Shown here piece by piece: positions 40,283 through 53,736 of a stretch of DNA of 64,000 nt; the stretch's first letter is position 1, and every line of letters begins with the position of its first letter. The notes below the pieces were generated by a model, which worked only from the letters and a program-made list of their open reading frames with translations, did not search any database and was not told where the DNA came from. The position numbers and the translations under genes were made by a program. The stretch spans positions 161,448,001-161,512,000 of the forward strand of contig OX597814.1 in assembly GCA_951406725.2 (NCBI GenBank), in the 5' to 3' direction. This DNA is from Octopus vulgaris. Its lineage: Eukaryota.

Positions 40283-40791
40283 TGTGGAGGTGCAATGGCC
40301 CAGTGGTTCGGGCAGCGGACTCGCAGTCGTAGGATCGCGGTTTTGATTCCCAGATCGGGCATTGTGAGTGTTTATTGAGCCAAAACACCTAAAGCTCCAC
40401 GAGGCTCTGGCAGGTAGGGTGGGGGGTGGGGGGGGTGAACCCTGCTGTACGCTTTCACCACAACTTTCTCTCACTCTTTCTTTCTGTTTCTGCTGTACTT
40501 GTATTTTAAAGGGCCAGCCTTGTCACGCTTTGTGTCATGCTGATACTCCCTGAGAACTACGTTAAGGGTACATGTGTCTGTGGAGTGCGCGAACTGCGAT
40601 GTCACTGGTGCCAAGCTGTATCAGCCTTTGCCTTTCCCTTGGATAACATCGGTGGCGTAGAGAGAGGAGGCTGGTATGCATGGGCGACTGCTGGTCTTCC
40701 ATAAACAATCTTGCCCAGACTTGTGCCTGGGAAGGTAACTTTCTAGGTGCAATCCCATGGTCAGTCATGACCGAAGGGGGTCACAACAATA
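40283..40791 (+). mobile_element. Full-length tRNA-derived SINE family D with 11-bp TSD, inserted into a family E repeat
   Basis: A box TGGCCCAGTGG, B-box-like GGTTTTGATTCC; CAATTCTGATG at 40272-40282 and 40792-40802. Confidence 0.88.
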
Positions 40792-41274
40792 CAATTCTGA
40801 TGCAGCAGATCCATGATCAAAAATATTCATCTGCAACCATCTTGTTTTTTGAGAGGTATGTATAACTGCAATATCCAGTGTCTCTAATCCTATTTAAGAT
40901 GATAAAGTGTGATTTGAGAGATATTTAGCTGTTGCTTCTAGCAGGTCGATTGACTAAGTAGAGGCTTCTTGTTGGCTTGAAGATGATGTATCGGTGATTA
41001 TGAAGATGGTAATGTTGAGAATGGTTGTTGTTTTTGATGATGGTGATGATAATGATAATAAGGAAGATCTAGATAGTGGTAGTAGTAGTAGTGGTGGTGG
41101 TGGCAGCAGTGGTGCTGGTGCTACTGATGATGAGAATGGTGGAAGCTAATGGTGATGATCATATAGCAGATGTCTTCTTTTTCACTGGATCTAAACATCA
41201 AAGGAGATAAGAACAATGACAGTAATGAATACTTACAGCAATAAAGGAGAGTACAAGTGAAAATAAATGCCTAC

Positions 41275-41381
41275 CGATCTTCGGTGAAATCCATATAATT
41301 TGGTAAGGCTCCATATTGCATTAAAAGTTTCACAGCATCCAGATGACCACGCCTACAGGCCCAATGAGTGGCAGTTTTCCC
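41275..41381 (-). CDS. INVS: Inversin exon (107 nt), ankyrin repeat; not in the ORF track
   Basis: Acceptor ctttgtttag|GGG, donor TCG|gtaggc; encodes GKTATHWACRRGHLDAVKLLMQYGALPNYMDFTED(R); phase 0 in, phase 2 out. Confidence 0.92.
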
Positions 41382-43089
41382 CTAAACAAAGAAAAATGAA
41401 AAGAATTTAAAACAAATATCAACGTAATACACATTTACATACATTTTCCTCATAACACAATAGAAAATGGCATTCATAATTATAGTAAGTATTTCGAAGA
41501 GAATGGGTATGAGAAGTTAAAAGTCTGTCTGCATAACATTTGTACAATACTGTTTAGGGATTTAAAATGGTTAGAATGCATTAATTCTTGTACAAAAGTT
41601 ATGCTTTGTAATAGTATTTCCTGTTTAGAGAAAGAAAGTCTGAACTACTTTCTACTTTTCCCTCAAAGGGATTTAAAACAAGAAAGGATGGAAGCCAGGT
41701 TATATAACTGAGATGTTAGTTTTCAATCATTCAAACATTTCAAGATCTTAAGAAGTCCATTTAGAACAGAAAAGCTTGTGCTTTCAATATTGTTATATAT
41801 AAAAACAGAACCTTTAAGAATTGTATCTTTCTTCAGTTCATGACCACCTCAAGCTAATTAATTTTAACACATAGACACAAACTCTCTCTCTCAATCACAC
41901 ATGTACACAGCAGGCTTCATTCAGTTTACATCTATCAAATCCATTTACAGGGCCTTGGTTGGTTTGGGGGCTACAGTAGAAGACTCTAGCCTAAGGTGCC
42001 AAACAGTAGCACTGAACCCAAAACGACACAGTTGGGAAGAGAATGTATTAAACATACAATCATATATCTCATTTATAGATATCTGATTTACTACAATCTG
42101 TAATGTAAATGCCTTTTACACATAAGAGGAGGTTTTAAAAGCTATTACTTAGCTCTGGTTTCAGAGTATTAAATTAGTCAGAAATAAATGTTCTCTCTTG
42201 ATAGGGTACAAGCTTTATTGTACATAAGTTTCTCAGAATATCTGGTATAAATCAAAGATGATTTAATATAAAATCAAACATGATTTAGTACATAGTGAAT
42301 GATGATCTGCTGTTAATTAAATCAAAGCATGATAAGATAACATAATGAACAATAAATAGTTTTGTTCCGAAACTGAATGAAATACTAATGAGCAGGTGGT
42401 TTAATGCCATGTCGACAGGGCCAGTTTTGCTTCAACCACAAACTGGTATTAAACAAACCAATGAGGGTACTTTCTGCTAGAAATAGCAACCAAATCTCAC
42501 TCAAACTACACCATACATAATCATTATCACCGGGATCATTTAATGCCTGCCTTCCATACTAGCATGGGTGGCCAATTTGACAGGCTCTCATGAGCGAGAG
42601 GGCTGCACTGGGTTCTAATGTCTGCTTTGGCATTGTTCTAACATCTGGATGCCCTTCCAAATGCCAACCACTTTACAGAGTGTACTGGGTGTTAATTTTT
42701 TCATAGCAGCAGCACAAGCAAGGTCACCAAGTAACTTAGGAAAAACAAAACCTTTTGACAAAGTGGGATGCAGTATAGAGAGAGGTGGCTTTGAGTCATG
42801 TTTGAAAGAAACAAAAACATATTTTAATGCAGAGAAGATACATGGCAGCCAAGCAGGAGATGAAGAAAGCATGACAGAGATGATGCATCAAGAATAGTGA
42901 CTTGAGATGAGGTGTCAGAATAGTGACTAAAAATCGAGAATGGATGGGTGGGTAGGTTCATGAGAGTGTGAAAAGAGAAAGACAGAGAGTAGGGTGAACA
43001 TAGGCAAATGCAGTGAATGGTGAACATGGATGGAAGCACCATCTTAAAGAAAAAGGTTACATTATATAATATACACTAGAATACACTAT

Positions 43090-43500
43090 ATCTTTTGTCT
43101 TTTACTTGTTTCAGCCATAAAGACTGTGACCATGCTGGGGCACTACCTTGAGGAATTTTTAGTCATTTGAATCAACCCAGTTCTTATTTTTTTCTTTCCT
43201 AAGCTTAGTACTTACTCTATTGGTCTCTTATGCTGAACTGTTAAGTTACAGGGACAAACACACCAACACCAGTTGTCAAGTGGTAGTGGGGAACAAACAC
43301 AGTCACAAAGATACACACACACACACACACACACAACAGGCCTCTTACAGTTTCCATCTACGAATGCACTCGCAAGGTATTGACTGGCCTGAGGTTATAG
43401 TAGAGGACACTTGCCCAAGGTGCTATGCAGAAGAACTGAACCCAGAACCATGCAGTTGGGAAGCAAACTTCTTACCACACAGCCATGACTGCACCTATAC
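43090..43500 (-). mobile_element. SINE family A, older subfamily
   Basis: Head GGTGCAGTCATGGCTGTGTGGTAAGAAGTTTGCTTCCC; tail GAAACAAGTAAAAGACAAAAG. Confidence 0.85.
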
Positions 43501-44087
43501 TTAAACAAAAACTATAAAAAAACAAAAAAAAAAAAAAGCAGAATGCTTATGGTTGGCATGCCTTTCATCATTGGTTTATCTAATCGGGGCTGACTTGTGG
43601 GCTAAGCAACAATAATGGTAACAGCAATGAGCATTGAAAGTATAATAGTTAACACTCAGACTTTTTTACGTTATCAAGCAGGTTAATCAAAACGGTGAGT
43701 CAACTGACGAATCAATCAATCAATCAATATTTTACCTATTTCCAGTTAGTATGATAAATCTGATTGATTACATATCTATCAGATATCTATCCAGAGTCAT
43801 CTCTATCACCTCTTCTGTAGTTTGAGGAAGGATTTGAACTCAATACAGTAAAGTAGAGATAACCTACTTAAATAAATATGCAATTGCTTCACTGCCTATG
43901 GAAGTGACCTACACCAAGCAATGGTAGCACATAACAGTTATAGGAACTAGACCCAAGGGATTTATTTAAATGTCTCTGCAAGGGAGATTGAATTGCTTAT
44001 TTTTCTGTGGTAAACAAACACACTATCTATTAACTCAGCTTACTGCAACTCTTCCAATAATTATGAATACAAGAAACAAATTGTAAG

Positions 44088-44125
44088 TGTATGTATATAT
44101 ATATTTATATATACATATATTTATG

Positions 44126-44217
<92 letters not shown>

Positions 44218-44290
44218 TTATGTATGTATATATATATAAATTATATATATATACTTACACACACATATATATATACATACATATATATGC

Positions 44291-44341
<51 letters not shown>

Positions 44342-44363
44342 GTACACACATATATATATACAC

Positions 44364-44394
<31 letters not shown>

Positions 44395-44625
44395 ATATAT
44401 ATACACTATGTATATATGTACATACATATACGTAAATATATATATATATACATATATATACACATACATATAGACATACATACACACACATGCATATATA
44501 TACACACATACATACATACGTACATACATACATACATACACATACATACATATGTATGCATATATATATTTGTATGTGTGTGTATGTGTATACATATATA
44601 TATGTTTGTATGTGTGTGTGTATGC
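44088..44625. repeat. Long (TA)n/(TACA)n/(TG)n microsatellite block
   Basis: Direct reading. Confidence 0.95.
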
Positions 44626-44925
44626 ACAGAAGATGGACGGGTGATTGTTAATGGTGGCCATTTGGGAAATGTTTTCTGATTAGAAAGAGGAAATGTTTTG
44701 CAATACAGGTTTTTTACATCAATGTTTATGGTCAATTATACCAAATGATATTTCTTTTCCTTATGTTTTTAGCATGCTTGCTAGATGGCGTTCATTAGCT
44801 CATCCACTACATTTCCTAAAGCCAACCCTTGTTTGCCTGGATTGCATTTCCCATTGTTTGATATTGGATTTTAGGTATACGATTGGGTTTGTGTACCTTT
44901 GTCTGTACTCTCACCATATATATAC

Positions 44926-44980
<55 letters not shown>

Positions 44981-45259
44981 TATGTATATATGTATGTGTA
45001 TGCGTGTATGATGATGATGATGATGATGGATGATATATATAGATATACACACACACATACATATATCTTTTATTTGTTTCAGTTATTAGATGTGGCCATG
45101 CTGGGGCAACACCATGAAGAATTTTTAGTCGAAGGAATCAATCCCATTTCCTTATTTTAAAGTCTGGCACTGGAGCAATATGTTCAATGAGCTTACTGGA
45201 AAAAAGATTCTCTTAATTGTCCATATGGCCCATTAGATGTGGTTGTTAGCTTTTGTTAC

Positions 45260-45960
45260 CTAGGAGATATAATTAATAGAAAGTATAGAAGCCCGAGTAA
45301 GAAAGAGTTGGGAAAAGTTCAGAGAACTATTGTCATTGCTGGCAACAAAAGTCCCTTGTCTCAAAGTGAAGGGCAGATTGTATGATCCTTGTATTAGGAC
45401 TGCAATGTTGTATAGTAGTGAGACATGAGCTTTGAATGCAGAAGACCAGCAGAGACTAGAAAGAAATGAACCTAGCATGTTCCAATGGCTAAGTAATGTT
45501 AGTGTCCGTGAATTCTGGAGTAAATAATGAATTAAGGGGAAAATGAGTGTAAGGAATTGAGTGTGATGTACAAGAGATGGGGATGCATTGGAATAGGTAT
45601 GTAAAAGGCGGCGAGCTGGCAGAAACGTTAGCACACCAGGTGAAATGCGTAGCCGTATTTCGTCAGCCATTACGTTCTGAGTTCAAATCCCGCTGAGGTC
45701 GATTTTGCCTTTCATCATTTCGGGGTCGATAAATTAAGTACCAGTTATGCACTGGGGTCGATATACTTGACTTAATCCGTTTGTCCCTTCTGTGTTTAGC
45801 CCCTTGTGGGTAGTAAAGAAATAGGTATGTAATGTGTATGGAGAATGACTTCTGAATAAGGAAATTACAAGCATTTCAAGTTAGTGAAACTTTCAGTAAA
45901 GGAAAACCAAAGAAGACATGACAGTCTTGAGCTTTGAAGCTATTGCATCTTATGAAGTAG
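45260..45960 (+). mobile_element. RTE LINE 3' relic containing a SINE B insertion (45605-45819)
   Basis: ARVRKSWEKFRELLSLL...KVKGRLYDPCIRTAMLYSSET; AATAGGTATGTAA at 45592-45604 and 45820-45832 flanks the SINE. Confidence 0.85.
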
Positions 45961-48834
45961 ATGATATAGGACCATACTGTTTCATAGCGATACTTTTGCC
46001 CTGTAGCTTGTGAATGTATTACACACATTTTTTTGTACAGTAGTAGCTTAGCTGTTGTTTACTAAACAGCTTGTGGAATTTATGGCCATTTGTTTTCTGG
46101 GTAGAAAGAGAAATCGTTTTGCAATATAGTTTTTTTTTACATCAATGTTTGTGGTCAGTTATGCTGTATAATATTTCTTTCCTTAATGTTTTGTGGTTTC
46201 TCGATGGTGTTAGTATGTATTCTTTTCATGCTCTAGCATTGTACAGCTCTGTCAAAGAGTTCATCGGGGAATAATACATGTATTCTATTTCTGATGCTTA
46301 TTGATATATGTTTGTTAGCATTCAGTGGTTGGTTGGACTGGATATAGCTGTACAATGGTTGCTGTATGGTTTCAAGAAGGATTCATATAATTCCAAGAAA
46401 TCACACAGTATATTAAGAAATATTTGTATCCAGCTACCTCCTAGCAGAGCACTATGTATGTACAGAATCAATTATATATTCATGGAATCATCATTATCAT
46501 CATCATTTAATGTCCACCTTCCATGCTGGCATGGGTTGGACGACTTTGGCTGGCCAGGCAGAAGACTGCACCAGACTTCTGTTTCTGTTTTGGCAAGGTT
46601 TTATGGTTGGATGCCCTTCCTAATATCAATCACCCAGCAGAGTGACTGAGTGCTTTTTATGTGGCACAAGCACATGCGAGGTCAGTTTTGGTATGGTTTT
46701 TACAGCTGGATATCCTTCAAAATGCCTTCCAAACTTCATATCCATTATTTGTAATATTACCACAAAAGAAGATTTTTTCAAAAGGTTTCATTAAAGGGCA
46801 GTCAGTTTGAGAAAAAAAAACAAAACAAAGCCCTTAACACTTGCCATTTAGTGAAAGAACAACTAACTATCCTTTATAAGTTCAATAGCTGTATCATGCA
46901 CATCCCTTCCTTTGTTGACACTTGCACATGAGGTCTTTCAGACTAAGGCAGAAAATTACTATATTAGTAATAATTGTATTTCTACATGTTTTGCATGTAT
47001 ATTTGATACATCATAATACACTTTCCATAAAGTAGTGACCATTATGTACACACATACAAATATATACGTGTGTGTGAAGACACATAGTCTAGTTGTTAGG
47101 GAGTTTGGCTCATGACTATAATACCATGGGCTCAATTCCTGGACCAGGTAGTGCATGATGTTCTTGAGCAAGGCTCTTCATTTCACATTGCTCCTGTGTA
47201 CATGGCTGAAAATGAGTACCAGCTGAGTGCTAGCATAGTTCTCTCAATGTGACACATAATGTGACAAGGAAGGACATTTAAATTACAGGCAAAATCCAAC
47301 CAATGGGCTTCCAAACAATTTCTGTCAATTTCACTCACAAAACTTGGGTCAACCTGAGGCTTTAGTAAAAGAAACTTGCTCAAGATGCCAGTCAATGAGA
47401 TCATGCTAAGAAATTTGTTACTGCGAAGTCAATTTCTTAACAGGCGGATCATAAGTGGTATTTGAATTCAGAAGCTAAAGGGTCTAGCAGGATATATATA
47501 TAAGAAGTCTAATAAAATTTAATCATGTCCAGAATTGTCACCATAGCCACCATTCCTTTCCTACATACCTCCATTTAACTGTTGGTTGACTGACATTTCA
47601 AGAGTTATCTACACTTGTCTTTTTCTAATATTAAAGTTCATTTTCAAATCACTCATTTTGTTTATAATTTCAGTCAACTCTTAACATCCTGTACAGCATG
47701 AATCCTCTTGACAGCACATTTATTTCTCTGTCCTTTATTGCCTGAAACTACTTGAATAAAAATATTCTAGCTTATATTTGTTTTAAAGGAAGATAAGAAC
47801 TCTGTGATTTAAGGAAGGAAACTTTAATACTTTTCTCTATCATATATTTACATTCTATAATGTTTGCTATTAAAATTGATATTTTGCCAAATATTTTCAA
47901 TTTATTTTCACACACACACACACATGAACTTGCATTTATACTTGGGTATATATGTAAGTTCATAAAGGGAATAATTTAGTTTACAAACGCTCATAATATA
48001 AAGCTACAAAAAGATCTAGCAAACTCCTTTCTTTTTGTTGGTGATATCTTTGTCAGTTTTTTGATGCTTTTGATTTATTACTAAAATCTCTTTTTATTGT
48101 CTTTCTGAGTATATCTGCTTTTAGTTATTGTTATGGAATAGATTAACAATCACAGATGCACAAAATTATTTTTAACACAAATGACATTTTACTTTACAAA
48201 AATGTTATTCCATCAATAATGCCAATTTTAACAATAATATGACCAAAAGTAAATACATTATAAGCAGTTGAATAAGCAATAGATATTTTTCTTCAATCAT
48301 TACAGGAACGATCTTTTGACAAAGGAAATTTTCTACAAGATGTTAAGAGTTAACTAAAAATTTATTCAGCTCACCAACTTGATTATGGCGACTTGCACTT
48401 AACTACATAGTCTTCATACAGAAGGCAGCCATGGAAAATTTTCCAGTATAATATCTTTAATGTACTTAATCACTGAATATTTTTCACATAGAATACTATA
48501 TATATGTGTATTAGTTATTTTTAGGTCATGGCAGATTTATGTCAACTATCCTTCAATGAGGTGATCTAATAAGATGTTAATTTATACAGGGTTGCCAAAA
48601 ATTGGACTCTTCCCCCATCAGAAGATTTAATTTTTGGTCATTTTAAATTTGAGAGTTTTCTCTCTTGCTCCTTTTCACAAAAATTTTCATAAATGCTAAT
48701 TTCATCTTTTTATCACAGCATCCATAAACCAGACATGACATTTTTTACCTCCAATAACAGAGAACAGTCACCATATTTTTACTCTGCCTGTCATCTCTGA
48801 AGAGCACATAGTTACTTAACCATGCTGTTATCTA

Positions 48835-49777
48835 ATATCTGTTAACAACTTGAAATCCAATTCTTTGATAGCTTCACTGGTGTGCACAGCTGTATGTGGG
48901 TGTGCATTGTTGTGCAACAATAACATTGCTTTGACCTTAGCATTTAGTGTCAATTGCTGGATTAGTTTGTTGGACAGCATTTGACAGTTGCCAACACTGG
49001 TGACTGCAAATCCCTTTTCCAGGTAATGTTCTAGTATATGCCCTTTTGCATCCCCAAAATGGCAAGCATCACATTTTCTGCAGAAGTTTGAGTCTTGACT
49101 TCCTTTTACACCAGTGATTCAGGGTGTTTTCCACTTCATACTCTACTTTTTGGATTCTGGTTCACTTTTGACTATTCTCTTCAAAAAAGCTTTGCTTTCA
49201 TCATTGTAGAAGTTGAGTAAGCATTGACAGATCTCCTCACAATTGCGCTTATGCCCTTTGATAAGCTCTCTTGATACCTATCTTGCACAAAACTTTATGG
49301 AAGCCAAGCTTGTCATAGATGAGTTTGTATAACAAATTTACAGAGAACATACCATCTTATCAATGGTCACTTATTGGTTTGCCAGGACCATCTCTCAAGC
49401 TTGTTGAATCTTCATGCCAGTGGTGGAGGTTGTTGAGCATCTTGCTCTCCCTTTGTGCTTCATGCATGTCTTGCCATACATACTTCTACATGGTAGAATG
49501 TTGTTCCCATATTGTACTGAAAGCCTATGTTTAATTTCAGCCCCTGATACTCCTTCAGACCAGAAAAATCGGATCACTGATCTCTGTTCTTCCTTGGTGC
49601 AGACAGCCAGCAGAACAGCCATGTGTACTCTGTAATACAAGACAGAAAACTGGAGTGATCAAAGTAAATTCTTGGTTATGTAACTACCAGAGGACCACCT
49701 TTTAGCACAGGAATGCTGAAGGCAGTGTGACCAACCAAAAGAAAGTTTTAGCAGATAACTTTTGACTTCCCCTAGTA
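48835..49777 (-). pseudogene. Mariner transposase relic with one terminal inverted repeat
   Basis: N-terminal HTH MAVLLAVCTKEEQRSVIRFFWSEGVSGAEIKHRL; catalytic-region relic LLHNNAHPHTAVHT (LHDNARPH motif); end reads TA-CTAGGGGAAGTCAAAAGTTATCTGC, like a mariner TIR. Confidence 0.82.
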
Positions 49778-49929
49778 TTTCTCCATGGCAAGACATGCTT
49801 TTGTAGAGTACTGGAAATGAATGACACAGCTTGTAGGCAGTGACAATCATTTTACACTATCAGGCGATGTCAAGGCAATGAGATACGAACATACACTCAC
49901 TCACACACATATACACATACATACATATA

Positions 49930-50700
49930 TATCATCATCATCATCATCAGCCTTTAATGTCCATTTTTCATGCTGGCATGAGTTGGATGGTATGACCAGA
50001 GCTGGAAAGCTGGAGAACCGTAACAGTCTGGATCCAGCCTGATTTTGCTTGGTTTCAATGGCTGGATGCCCTTCCTAATGCTAACCACTTTACAGTGTGT
50101 ACTGGGTGCTTTTAACATGCTTTTACATAACATTGGCATGAGTGTTTTTTATGTGGCACTGGCACAGGACTCTTGCAGGGCAGTCTCTCCACCAGGGGGA
50201 GCAACCTTAACACTTCTGCCTTGGGACACAGGTCTTCCTCAGTACAGCAAGATGCCAGATATCTCATCCTTTGAGATCTTGTTTGAAAGGTTCAGTATCC
50301 TGAGGTCGTCCTTCAGTACTTTGTCCCATGTCTTCCTCTTCCATGAGTTCCTTCCACTTTGAGAGATTGTCACTTCTTTATGAACTGTCAGCATCCATCT
50401 GCATCACATGACCAAACCAGCCTAACTTCTCTCTCAATACACTAGTACTCTGTTGCACATGTATGCTTACATTACACATGCAGCAGAGTATATTAGTCTC
50501 ATTCCTCCCAAGCCTTTGCATGTCCTCTGCATTCAGGGCCCATGTTTCACTACCATGTAGAATTGATGTCCGTATACATGCATCATACAGTCTTCCTTTC
50601 ACTCAGAGAGAGAAATGTTTCGTAATCAACAGAGGTAACAGTTCTCTGAATTTCCTCCATCCTATTCTTATTCTAGCTAATATACTCTCAGTACATTGAC
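49930..50700 (-). mobile_element. RTE LINE 3' end (ORF relic plus family C tail)
   Basis: KGRLYDACIRTSILHGSETWAL...WFGHVMQMD followed by the (GAT)n-terminated tail. Confidence 0.85.
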
Positions 50701-50904
50701 CAAGATGCAGTGAAATCAAATCAATGACCAGGTTGCAATTCATGGTATGAAAAGTTTGACACCTAACAATAAATGTTCAAATGAAATTAACAGTATTTAA
50801 GTGTTCTTGAACAGCTAGAATGTATCTTCCACACAGCAATCATTTTAGGTTTAACACACAGTCACAGATCAAGTAAATTGCCAGGCAAGTACAACTTCAA
50901 TATA

Positions 50905-51960
50905 TCATCATCATTTAATATCTGTTTTCCATGCTGGCATGGGTTGGACAGTTTGACTGAGGTCTGGAAATCCAGCGGCTACACCAGACTCCAATCTGAT
51001 CGGGCAATGTTTCTACAGCTGGATGTCCTTCCTAACACCAACCACTCTGAGAGTGTAGTAGGTGCTTTTTATGTGTCACTGGCACAGGAATCAGTCAAGC
51101 AGCCCTGGCATCGATGATGTTTGGATGGTGCTTTCTATGTGCCACAGGCAAGGGAGCCAGTCAGGGGGCACTGGCATCAACCACATTTGAATGGTGCACT
51201 TTACGTACTACCGGGACAGGAGCCCATCAGGGGGCACTGGCCACATCTACGATTTTGGTTTTACTTGACTCTACAGGTCTTCTCAAGCATATCATATCGC
51301 CCGACACTTCAAGAGTACTTTTAAATGGGCTGATCATGCAACATTGGCATTGGCCGTGGCTGTGATCTCACTTTAATTGCCGGGTCTTCTCAATCACTGC
51401 ATATCTCTAAAGGTCTCAGTCTCCTGTCATTGCCTCTGTGAGGCCCAAAGTTTGAAGGTCATGCTTTACCACCTCATCCAATGTCTTCCTGGGTCCACCT
51501 CTTCCACAGGTTCCTTCTATAGTTAGGGTGTGGCACTTCCTCACACAGCTGTCTTCAGCCTTACGTAACACATGACTATAGCAGCAGAGTCGTCTCTTTT
51601 GCACACCACATTTGATGTTTCTTATGTCCAACTTTTCTCTCAGGTGCTCACACTCAGTCATGTATGCACACTGACATTACACATCCAGCGGATCATACTA
51701 GCTGCATTGCTTTCAAGCCTATGCATGTCCTCAGCAGTAATGGCCCATGTTTCACTGCCATGTAGCATGGCAGTTCATATACATGCATCATGCAGTCTAC
51801 CTTTCATCCTGTGCGAGAGGCCCTTAGTTGACAGCAGAGGTAGGAGCTTCCTGAACTTTGCCCAGGCTATTCTTATTCTAGCCACTACACTCTCAAAGTA
51901 TCCACCTCAACAACAGACTTGGTCGCTTTGGTAGTGGAAACTATTAACTACTTCTAGTTT
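50905..51960 (-). mobile_element. RTE LINE 3' end (ORF relic plus family C tail)
   Basis: LREKLDIR...RRLCCYSHVLR...IEGTCGRGGPRKT; tail as at 18850-19168. Confidence 0.85.
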
Positions 51961-52147
51961 TTCATATATAATATATATATATATAATTAATAGTGATAGA
52001 AACAGTATTAGCAATCATTGTCTCCAACTTAATGTGGAAGTTGTGTGAGAACACAGAATACTGCATTATTTACCTTGAGAGGACCTCACATATGGACTCA
52101 TGGTGCATAAAATGTGTGTGTGTGTGTGTGTGTGTGTGCTTGTGTAC

Positions 52148-52178
<31 letters not shown>

Positions 52179-52181
52179 CAT

Positions 52182-52213
<32 letters not shown>

Positions 52214-52356
52214 ATATACACATACATGTAGGAAGGGCATCCAGCCTTAGAAACTATGCCAAAACAGATGTAGAGCCAGAATAGCTCCCATCAAACTATC
52301 AAACCCATGCCAGCATGGAAATGAATGTTAAACAACAATGCTGCTGCTGCTGATGA

Positions 52357-52401
<45 letters not shown>

Positions 52402-52411
<10 letters not shown>

Positions 52412-53280
52412 TATTATTATCATTATTGTTTTTTGTATCATCCGTGTTTTTTGTATCGTCTTCTAAATGTTTCACGTTCTTGTCCCAGTTTGTATTTTTA
52501 TACATTTACATATATATATAAGCGGCGACGTACCTTTTTTGGTCTTATACGTAAGTATATATTCTTTAACACATGGTACGACTCTACAACACTGTCTCTC
52601 TCTCCCTCTCCTACATTTCTCTGCCTTTCACACTTTGCACTGCACTTTGACCTGTTTTTTTTTCTCTCTCTCTCTCTCTCTCTTCTCCTCCTCCTTTGTC
52701 CTTGTTCCCCTTCTTTCTCTCTTCATCTGTCCCTCTTTTCCTCTCTCTTTCCCTCACACGTGACTAGCCAACCGATTACTAGCCTCTTCGTGGTCAGCAG
52801 CCTTTGCGGCAAGACACGTTTTTTTTCTCTCTGTAGCCCTAAGGCTTTTTTCTAACGCCAGCTCAAAAATTTACTCGTCCTGTCGAAAAGACGCTTGTCT
52901 GTGACATCCTGTTTTTGTTGTTATTATTATTATCATTATTGTTTTTACGTATTTTTGTATTCTTATTCGTGTTATCATTGTTGTTTTTACGTATTTTTGT
53001 ATTTTTATTCGTGTAATATCGTCCGGTTTTCCGTCCTTGTTTTGTATACATTCAAGGCTTTCTTCCAAGGAATCTAATGCGCTTGGCTTAGATTTTCCTT
53101 TGGGGCTGGCCAGATCGGAGCAATCTCAAGATTAATCAGCCGAAATTGAGAAGATGATCCGGTTCTTGACTGAAGATTGAAGGCTTTGAATGTCCCGTCC
53201 GTGTTTTTTGTATCATCTTCTAAACGTTTTGCGTTCTTGTCCCAGTTTGTATTTTTTTACATTTACATATATATATATAT
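52402..53280. mobile_element. (TA)n-embedded element bounded by about 80-bp direct repeats (possibly Penelope-like, non-autonomous)
   Basis: TCCGTGTTTTTTGTATC.TCTTCTAAA.GTTT..CGTTCTTGTCCCAGTTTGTATTTTT..ACATTTACATATA at 52441-52520 and 53198-53280; CpG-rich interior. Confidence 0.6.
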
Positions 53281-53291
53281 ATATATATATT

Positions 53292-53332
<41 letters not shown>

Positions 53333-53377
53333 TATACATACATGTATACATACATATTTATATGCACATATATAATT

Positions 53378-53700
53378 GGCACTACATTAGTTATGATAAC
53401 AAGGGCTCCACTAGATCTGATCAACAGAACAGCCTGCTTGTGAGATTAATGTGCAAGTGGCTGAGCACTTTACAGACACAACATATCCTTAATGTAGTTC
53501 TGAGGGAGATTCAGTGTGATACAGAATGTGACAAGGCTGGCGCTTTGAAATACAGATACAACTCATTTTTGCCAGCTGAGTGGACTGGAGGAATGTGAAA
53601 TAAAGTGCCTTGCTCAAGGACACATCACAGCACCAGGAATTGAACTTCTGACCTTATGATCATGAGCCAAACACCCTGATCCCTGAGCCATGCACCTTCA
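53378..53700 (-). mobile_element. tRNA-derived SINE sharing the family D central domain
   Basis: Reverse complement matches CCAGCCTTGTCAC...CTCCCT.AGAACTAC.TTAAGG of the 40283 element. Confidence 0.78.
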
Positions 53701-53736
53701 AAATATACATACATATATATTCATACATAATATATA

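Noticed and set aside
40286-40365. tRNA gene
   Set aside because: The tRNA-like head continues into a SINE body bounded by a TSD; no complete cloverleaf
44091-45160. Many YIYI/HTHT ORFs here and at 22085-23357 and 54010-56125
   Set aside because: Dinucleotide microsatellites lack stops in most frames
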